From assembly GCA_027021365.1 (NCBI GenBank), contig JALUUM010000008.1:2804-66803 (forward strand): a stretch of 64,000 nucleotides of DNA. Reading direction: 5' to 3'. The DNA is from Spirochaetales bacterium (lineage in GTDB: Bacteria; Spirochaetota; Spirochaetia; SZUA-6). Shown piece after piece: positions 57,544 to 64,000 of this stretch. Each line of letters starts with the position of its first letter. Positions within the stretch are counted from its first letter, which is position 1. The notes beneath the pieces are model-generated. The model was not told the DNA's origin. It searched no databases and was given only the letters and a program-made list of their open reading frames with translations. A program made the position numbers and the translations under genes.

Positions 57544-57557
57544 AAGGCAACCGACTC
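57521..57557 (-). terminator. Rho-independent terminator of the pyrimidine operon (possibly bidirectional)
   Basis: Minus strand GAGTCGGTTGCC-loop-GGTAACCGACTC followed by TTTTT. Confidence 0.7.
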
Positions 57558-57594
57558 CTTCATTTACTCGTTATTTATTAGAATCTTGTAAAAA

Positions 57595-58995
57595 CTAGAA
57601 TCCCGTAAAGGGAGCACGTTTTACGAATTTTCCCCACCCGGGCTCACCTACGAATTCTACGTGATCATTCCTCCACTCGGCAACCTTCTTTCCTCTGGAG
57701 AAGACGACGGAAGGCATACCTCTCATCTCCATTCCCTCATAGGGAGTATAGTCCACATTCATGTGGAGCTTCGACTGGGTAATGGTAAACTTCTGCTCCG
57801 GATCGAAGACAACGATATCGGCATCCTTACCCGGGGCAATCTCCCCCTTATCCTTAAGGCCAAACATCCTGGCGGTGCTGGTGGAAAGTACATCCACCAT
57901 CCTTTCAAGGCTTATTCGACCCTTTACGACTCCCTCTGTATGGAGAAGCATAAGGAGTGTCTCTATTCCGGGAGCGCCATTGGGAATCTTCTTGTAGTCG
58001 TCCTTTCCGAACATGTCCTTTCCGCCCTTGAAGTCGAAGGGGCAGTGGTCTGTGGATACGACCTGGAGATCCCCCATCTTCAATCCAACCCAGAGCTCAT
58101 CGAGGTTCTCCTTGGACCTTATGGGAGGAGACATAACATACTTGGCTCCTCCGAAATCGGGCTCCTTGTACCTCTCCTCATCCAGAAGGAGGTACTGTGG
58201 GCATGTCTCTGCGAATACGTCGAGACCCTGGTCCCGCGCCTCTTTTACCCTGTACAATCCCCTTCCCGACGAAAGGTGAACTATGTAGATTCTAGAATCT
58301 GTCAGTTCAACCATCTTCACCGCACGGGCAATTGCCTCTTCTTCTGCCAGAACAGGCCTGCTCACAGCATGGTAATACGGCTCGAGTTTACCCTCCTTCT
58401 CCAGAATCTCGTTCATATACTGGATGACATAGAAATTCTCCGCATGAACCTGAACGAGGCCACCATACTTCTTGGTCTCCTTTAACAACTTTATCATCGT
58501 GGCATCGTCTACTCTGAAATCGTAAACCATGAATATCTTGAAACTCGGTGTCCCGTACTCCAGTACGGCATCCTTTACCTCTTCTATTATCTCAGGCCTC
58601 GGGTCAGTTATTCCCGGGTGAAGGGAGAAATCTACTGCTACCTTCCCGCTGGCCCATTCCTTCTTTCTCTCTATGCAGTCATGTATTGATTCTCCCTTCT
58701 TCTGAAGATCGAAATCGACGACTGTTGTCACACCTCCGCAAGCAGCAGCAATGGTGCCTGTCTTGTAATCGTCCTTGGCCGTTGTTCCCATGAATGGCAT
58801 TTCGAGGTGAGTGTGGGGATCGATTACACCGGGAAGTACATACTTTCCGGAAGCATCTACGACTTCATCGGCCTTGAAATCGAGATCGCGGCCTATGGCC
58901 TTGATCTTCTCACCTTCTACATATACGTCTCCCACCGTTCTGCCGGTAGAAGATACGATAAGACCATTTTTGATAAGCAGACTCATTCTATACAC
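57595..58995 (-). CDS. hydA: Dihydropyrimidinase
   Basis: PGVIDPHTH, SFKIFM, VHAEN, VHLS, ETCPQY, STDHCPF, IPNG. Start may be MSLLIK at 58986. Confidence 0.93.
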   Translation of the reverse strand: MYRMSLLIKNGLIVSSTGRTVGDVYVEGEKIKAIGRDLDFKADEVVDASGKYVLPGVIDPHTHLEMPFMGTTAKDDYKTGTIAAACGGVTTVVDFDLQKKGESIHDCIERKKEWASGKVAVDFSLHPGITDPRPEIIEEVKDAVLEYGTPSFKIFMVYDFRVDDATMIKLLKETKKYGGLVQVHAENFYVIQYMNEILEKEGKLEPYYHAVSRPVLAEEEAIARAVKMVELTDSRIYIVHLSSGRGLYRVKEARDQGLDVFAETCPQYLLLDEERYKEPDFGGAKYVMSPPIRSKENLDELWVGLKMGDLQVVSTDHCPFDFKGGKDMFGKDDYKKIPNGAPGIETLLMLLHTEGVVKGRISLERMVDVLSTSTARMFGLKDKGEIAPGKDADIVVFDPEQKFTITQSKLHMNVDYTPYEGMEMRGMPSVVFSRGKKVAEWRNDHVEFVGEPGWGKFVKRAPFTGF

Positions 58996-59024
58996 CTCCT
59001 ATTAAAATCCTATATCTAAAGATA

Positions 59025-60314
59025 CTAGAGCTTCAACTGGCTCTCAAGTTCCTTCCCAAGGGTAACCGTCTCCTGTCTCTTCCATCCCTTAGGCATCGGC
59101 TTGTAGGTGATGAGTCCTTCAACGGGACACACGAAACTACATACCATGCAGCTCAGGCACTTGTCTTCGATAAGCCTGGGCCGCCTGTTCTCCTCATCCC
59201 ATTCGAGGGCCTGTCCCGCCGAATCATTACACACGATGTAACACTGCCCACAACCTACACACCTGTCGAGATCGTAATTGGTAATTCCCTGGCTTTCCAA
59301 ATCGAACTCATCCGTCTCTACCAAATGGGGAAGTGCCTTCCCTACGAGTTCCTCTACCCTGCTGATTCCCCTGGATACCATGTAATCAGAGAGTCCTTCA
59401 ATCATGTCCTCCACTATCCTGTAACCATAGTGGATAATTCCCGTTGTAACCTGGATTGTCGTTGCCCCTACGAGAAAATATTCCAGTGCATCTATCCATG
59501 TCTCTATACCACCGATACCGGAGAGGGGAAGCCCCAGCTCTTCATTCAACGCCATCTCTGCAATAAATCGAAGCCCGATAGGCTTTACGGCAGGCCCCGA
59601 ATACCCGCTAATGGCACCCTTGCCATAGACATTTGGCCTCGGAACCCAGTCGTCCAGGCCTATCTCCGAGATTCCCCTTACCGTGTTAATGGCAGATATT
59701 CCGTCTGCACCACCCATTTTTGCATACATTGCAGGTTCATTCATGTCGGTGATATTTGGTGTCATCTTCGCAACAAGGGGAAGGTTACTTGCCTTCCTTG
59801 CCGTTTCCGTGAATTTCTGAACGAGCTCCTGCACCTGGCCTACCTTTGCACCGGAGCCCTCTACCGTCATGTGCGGGCAGGAGAAATTGAGCTCTATCAT
59901 ATCGGCACCTGCATCGGTCACGGCTTTTGCAAGGTCGTACCACTCCTGGTTAGAAAATCCCATAATACTGGCCATTACCACATGCTTGGGGTAATGTTTT
60001 TTAAGATACATTATATCCAGAAGGTTTGCCTTTAATCCTCTGTCCGATGTCTGTTCGACATTCTGAAGCCCTACGAGCCTCTTGTCACCGTAATGATAGC
60101 CATGCATTCTCGGAGAAGGGTGAATAATGGGAATCCTGTCCGTTACGATGGTCTTGTAAGCAACACCACCCCAGCCTGCTTCAAAGGCCCTGGCCACCAT
60201 TTCAGCACTGTTTGAAACAGGTGATGAGGAGAGCATAAAGGGATTAATGAATTTCACACCACAAAAATCTACTGATAAATCTACCTTACCTGACATCTTA
60301 CTATTCCTCCTCAT
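59025..60314 (-). CDS. preA: NAD-dependent dihydropyrimidine dehydrogenase subunit PreA
   Basis: GLQNVEQTS, ELNFSCPH, KMTPNITD, GYSGPAVKPI, two C-terminal 4Fe-4S motifs. Confidence 0.93.
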   Translation of the reverse strand: MRRNSKMSGKVDLSVDFCGVKFINPFMLSSSPVSNSAEMVARAFEAGWGGVAYKTIVTDRIPIIHPSPRMHGYHYGDKRLVGLQNVEQTSDRGLKANLLDIMYLKKHYPKHVVMASIMGFSNQEWYDLAKAVTDAGADMIELNFSCPHMTVEGSGAKVGQVQELVQKFTETARKASNLPLVAKMTPNITDMNEPAMYAKMGGADGISAINTVRGISEIGLDDWVPRPNVYGKGAISGYSGPAVKPIGLRFIAEMALNEELGLPLSGIGGIETWIDALEYFLVGATTIQVTTGIIHYGYRIVEDMIEGLSDYMVSRGISRVEELVGKALPHLVETDEFDLESQGITNYDLDRCVGCGQCYIVCNDSAGQALEWDEENRRPRLIEDKCLSCMVCSFVCPVEGLITYKPMPKGWKRQETVTLGKELESQLKL

Positions 60315-60315
60315 T

Positions 60316-61653
60316 CTACTTGCTTAAGTATTCTTTTATAGCCCTGGCTGCAAGTTTTCCGTCCTGTACAGCCTCCACAACCAGAGCCGGTCCTCTAACG
60401 ATATCGCCGCCGGCAAAGATTCCATCTACATTTGTTTTCCTCGTTTCCTCGTCAGCAACAATCAGGCCCTTCTCGTTGGTTTTCACCGAAGGATACCATT
60501 CCTTCGAATCGGATGCAGGCTTCGAACCTATCGCTTCTATTACCACTCCGACATCCAAAACCCATTCCGAACCCGGTATCTCAACGGGGCGTCGTCTTCC
60601 CGAGGCATCCTCTTCACCAAGCTTCGTCCTCACAAGTTTTAGCCCCTTTAAGGAGCCATCGGACTCAACGTAATCCACAGGCTGGTTCAACAGGAGAAAG
60701 TGGATCCCCGTCTGTAAGGCCTCGATCCGCTCTCTCTCCTCCGCTGGCATCTGGGCAAAGGATCGTCTGTAAACGAGATATACATCACTTGCTCCGAGCC
60801 TCTTTGCCGCCTCGACACAGTCGATTGCAACGGAACCTCCTCCGATCACGGCAACAGCCCTGCCATCTATCTCTTTCCCAAGCTCATCATGCTTTCCCTC
60901 TCTAAGTGACGCTAGAAAATCCGTGGCTGTGAAGAGCCCCTTTAATTCTTTGCCCTCTCTCTTCAGCCGCATGGGCTCCCAGAGGCCGGGAGCAACGAAA
61001 ATAGCACTGTAACCCTCCTTCAGAAGTTTTTCGGCACCTTCCCTGCCTGAAATGGGATGGTTACACTGTATTTCCACTCCGAGAGACTTCACATCCTCAA
61101 TCTCCCTGTCGAGGAATTCCTCGGAAAACCGGTAAGAGGGCACACCGTACCTCAGAACTCCGCCGGGTTTCGGCTTTGCCTCGAATATGGTAACCTGGTA
61201 CCCATCCTTGGCCAATTCTGCCGCGCAACTCAAGCCGGCTGGTCCAGAACCTACGACGGCGACCTTCTCCTTCTTCTTTTCCCCTGCCCTTTCAAGTGGT
61301 TGGAAACCCAGCTCCCATGAGTGCTCAATGAGAAATCTCTGAATTCTCCCTATCTGTATTGGCCTGTCTATCTCCGTGGCGCTGCATTCTTTCTCGCAGA
61401 GTAACGGAGTAGGACATAGTACTCCGCATGCTCCACCCAGTATGTTGTTTGTCTTTACCGTGCGAATCGCGCCGGTAACATTCCTTAACCGCAGTTTACG
61501 GATAAACGTTCCCGGGTCAGTTTCTGCAGGGCAACCCTTCGAACATGGTGGATCGTAACAGAGAAGACAACGGTTTGCTTCGGCTACCGCCTGCCCGATA
61601 TCGAAACCCTTGTCTTCCATCTCTTTGAAGCTATCAGCATATTTCACTGCCAT
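60316..61653 (-). CDS. preT: Dihydropyrimidine dehydrogenase subunit PreT (GltD-like)
   Basis: EANRCLLCYDPPCSKGCP, GSGPAG, GGGSVA, FAGGD; adjacent to preA. Confidence 0.9.
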   Translation of the reverse strand: MAVKYADSFKEMEDKGFDIGQAVAEANRCLLCYDPPCSKGCPAETDPGTFIRKLRLRNVTGAIRTVKTNNILGGACGVLCPTPLLCEKECSATEIDRPIQIGRIQRFLIEHSWELGFQPLERAGEKKKEKVAVVGSGPAGLSCAAELAKDGYQVTIFEAKPKPGGVLRYGVPSYRFSEEFLDREIEDVKSLGVEIQCNHPISGREGAEKLLKEGYSAIFVAPGLWEPMRLKREGKELKGLFTATDFLASLREGKHDELGKEIDGRAVAVIGGGSVAIDCVEAAKRLGASDVYLVYRRSFAQMPAEERERIEALQTGIHFLLLNQPVDYVESDGSLKGLKLVRTKLGEEDASGRRRPVEIPGSEWVLDVGVVIEAIGSKPASDSKEWYPSVKTNEKGLIVADEETRKTNVDGIFAGGDIVRGPALVVEAVQDGKLAARAIKEYLSK

Positions 61654-61677
61654 CCTCCTTGAAATTATTATATGCTC

Positions 61678-62709
61678 TCATATTGTATGCTTTAGAGTAT
61701 GCTTTATGGTTTCCTCACTTATATTTCTTACCTCTACGCTTTCCTGAATCTCCTCTCCGGAGGCCTTCGAAACCTTACCCTTTAAAGTTTCCCTCCCCCC
61801 TTTCACAACTGGTGGCTTCTGTATAAAGTATATGGAAGCTATAACTATTACGGCACCTGTAACGTAGTAGATATCAGGCTTCTCTCCCAGCATCAAAATC
61901 GAAAACAACACTCCGAAGAGAGGTATCATCAACTTGAAACCGGTGGAGCGCACCACACCGACCGCACCAAGTGCCCTGTTGAAGATCAGGTAAACGATGG
62001 CCGTACCAATTATTCCAACGTACAGAAGCGCAAGCCAGTTTAGAGGCGCTATTCGTGTGAGACCACTGAAATCGCCGTGAAATATCAATATTGAAATTAC
62101 AAGGAAAAAGGAACCGGAAAGCATAGTAATGAATGTCGGAATCAAACCTCCGTACTTCCTGACAAAACCTTTGAGAAAAATCGAGTATATGCTTATGGAA
62201 ATTGCAGAACCTACGAGGAGAAGGTTTCCCAGAAAATGGGCACTGGAAAAGGTAAGGAATTGTGCCAGATTACCGTCCGTAACAATAACAGCTATGCCAA
62301 CCACACCTGCAAAGGCACCGATGATCCTTGATACGGAGAATTTTTCACTTATAAGAAGAGGGGCAAAGAGCGTGGTGAATATCGGTTGGGTATTGGCAAG
62401 AAGTGAACCATTGGATGCCGTTGAAAATTTGATACCGTAAAACAGGAAGAGTGCAAAGAAGGTTACCCCAAGAATTCCAAGAAAGGACATCTTTAACATG
62501 TCTCCCGGCCCTGGCGAAGCATCTCTCTTTCTGATCTCTACGATGAAGAAGGGTACCATGGGAACTACGCCTATCACATACCTCAGCAATGATATTATTA
62601 GCGGGTCCACGTCTCTTACCACTATTTTGGTAACAGGATAAACGGTAGCCCATACTACCATGACAAAGGTGAGTCCGAGATACCAGTAAGAGATTCGTTT
62701 CATCAACAT
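61678..62709 (-). CDS. DMT/EamA family transporter
   Basis: About 10 TM helices in two EamA repeats. Confidence 0.88.
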   Translation of the reverse strand: MLMKRISYWYLGLTFVMVVWATVYPVTKIVVRDVDPLIISLLRYVIGVVPMVPFFIVEIRKRDASPGPGDMLKMSFLGILGVTFFALFLFYGIKFSTASNGSLLANTQPIFTTLFAPLLISEKFSVSRIIGAFAGVVGIAVIVTDGNLAQFLTFSSAHFLGNLLLVGSAISISIYSIFLKGFVRKYGGLIPTFITMLSGSFFLVISILIFHGDFSGLTRIAPLNWLALLYVGIIGTAIVYLIFNRALGAVGVVRSTGFKLMIPLFGVLFSILMLGEKPDIYYVTGAVIVIASIYFIQKPPVVKGGRETLKGKVSKASGEEIQESVEVRNISEETIKHTLKHTI

Positions 62710-62742
62710 GCATATTATTACGGTAGGTGAAAAAAATCAAGA

Positions 62743-62769
62743 TGAATTTCAATCAAATTTGAAATTCAA
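62743..62769. promoter_or_regulatory. Inverted repeat upstream of the DMT-preT operon
   Basis: TGAATTTCAA-N6-TTGAAATTCA. Confidence 0.5.
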
Positions 62770-62861
62770 TTTTAAAGCAGTTTTTATTCCAAGAAATTCT
62801 GCTTATATCAGAAAGAGATATCACTTGATTTATGCTGAAACTGTGGTAATATTGTAACTGG

Positions 62862-64000
62862 ATGAAAAAAACACTTTTTTTCCTCATAGCAACTTCCGTA
62901 ATAATCCTGATATCCTCGTGCAGTGATACCTCTCTGCTCTCACCAACGAATAGTACAGGAGTCAGTGTAGATATACAATCTGTAAAGGACGGTGATTTCC
63001 TTAAGCCGGGCAATTCCGTTACTTTCAAGGTACTCTACCCCCCTTCGGAGGAACAGGCAGACGGCACTGTAAGTCTTTCCATAAGTCTGGAGAACCTGGA
63101 AACGGGCGAGGTGAATAACAAAACGGTAGAATCACCTCTCTTCAATGAACCGATGGAACTCGATCTCGGAGAACTGGAGAGCGGACAGTACAGGCTCACC
63201 ATCGATGTACTTAGAGACGGGGCCACGATAAGTGAATCGTCCACCACCTTCTTCTATGTATCGGGAAACTACAAAGTTACCGATATCCAGTCCTTCCCTC
63301 CTGTAATCTTTCCTGAGGCCGAGGTACACCTCGAGGCATTGCTCGATATCCCGGAGGGATCAGATCCGTACCTGAGGTGGACAAGGGACGGTTCTCTTAT
63401 TGCAAAGGGAAGCTTGAGCGAGGGCTTGAACAGTATTACAATTGACGCTCCAAAGAAGCCGGGCGTTTATTCCATAAAGGTAGAGCTCTTTCCCTACAAA
63501 CCTGTGGAAGGAGAGGATTTCAACTTTGCATCTCCAGTTTACTTGACTTCAGAGATGTACGTGTCTCAGAGGGAACATGAAACGAGTTATTACAGCAGGA
63601 TATTCTTTACCTCGGAACCGGTAGATTACGGTAGCGCTGCGAAACTTTCCGGCACATCTTCTCCCGCCTCCGACACTGCCAACTCAGGAGGCGAAGAAGG
63701 GGACGCTGCAACCGTCAGTGAGGGAGGTGGCGGAATCACCAAGATCGGAAACCCGTTACCACCGGAGGAGGGAAGGCAAACAGGCTACACCCTCGAAAAG
63801 GGTTCGGGATTCAAGCTCAACTATGGCATAATTCCGGTATCCGGTGGAAAATATCAACCTTTTACCATTACTTTTGACCTCTCCGGTGTAAGGCAAGAGA
63901 AAAATGCAAGCCTTGTAACGGTCTATGAGAATGATCCCGATTCCCAGTCGTCCAAGAGCATTATCAGAGTCTTTTTCGGCGAAGACGGAACACCTTCTGT
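62862..64000 (+). CDS. Lipoprotein, 5' part (runs off the window end)
   Basis: Manual translation MKKTLFFLIATSVIILISS-CSDTSLL..., open through at least DPYLRW. Confidence 0.75.
   Translation, partial: MKKTLFFLIATSVIILISSCSDTSLLSPTNSTGVSVDIQSVKDGDFLKPGNSVTFKVLYPPSEEQADGTVSLSISLENLETGEVNNKTVESPLFNEPMELDLGELESGQYRLTIDVLRDGATISESSTTFFYVSGNYKVTDIQSFPPVIFPEAEVHLEALLDIPEGSDPYLRWTRDGSLIAKGSLSEGLNSITIDAPKKPGVYSIKVELFPYKPVEGEDFNFASPVYLTSEMYVSQREHETSYYSRIFFTSEPVDYGSAAKLSGTSSPASDTANSGGEEGDAATVSEGGGGITKIGNPLPPEEGRQTGYTLEKGSGFKLNYGIIPVSGGKYQPFTITFDLSGVRQEKNASLVTVYENDPDSQSSKSIIRVFFGEDGTPS

Noticed and set aside
57661-60035. Long plus-strand ORFs of 274 aa and 236 aa
   Set aside because: Antisense shadows of hydA and preA with no recognisable motifs.

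Overview
Bacterial genomic window, most likely from a free-living spirochaete (inference from spirochaete-style lipoprotein and solute-binding signal peptides, CheX and ODP). Left to right: (1) an AT-rich defence-like operon on the minus strand (YwbE-MIT_C fusion, PLD-SF2 helicase, Eco57I-like type IIG methyltransferase cut by the window edge); (2) a decayed accessory patch with an antitoxin remnant, an MntA/truncated HepT pair and an unusual WYL-TM-EF-hand-transglutaminase-like protease; (3) YHS, FTR1 and remnant genes; (4) a membrane-anchored YhaN/YhaO-like (Rad50/Mre11) pair; (5) a roughly 32 kb AT-rich block containing an amino-sugar uptake and metabolism cluster with two DegT-family aminotransferases, a receptor-less signalling locus (TM-PAS-CheA-like kinase, ODP di-iron protein, CheY, CheX, Rab-like GTPase, HD-GYP, and a convergent longin-like/OmpA protein), a candidate structured RNA and a surface-lipoprotein/PrsW operon, ending at an IS5 remnant; (6) core-like genes (MscS, PTS-IIA/antiporter/PII-like, sirtuin, threonine aldolase, GntR, preT-preA-hydA, DMT, a partial lipoprotein). 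No rRNA, tRNA or CRISPR array was seen. Domain calls come from recognising motifs by eye and GC statements are visual estimates; nothing was computed or searched.
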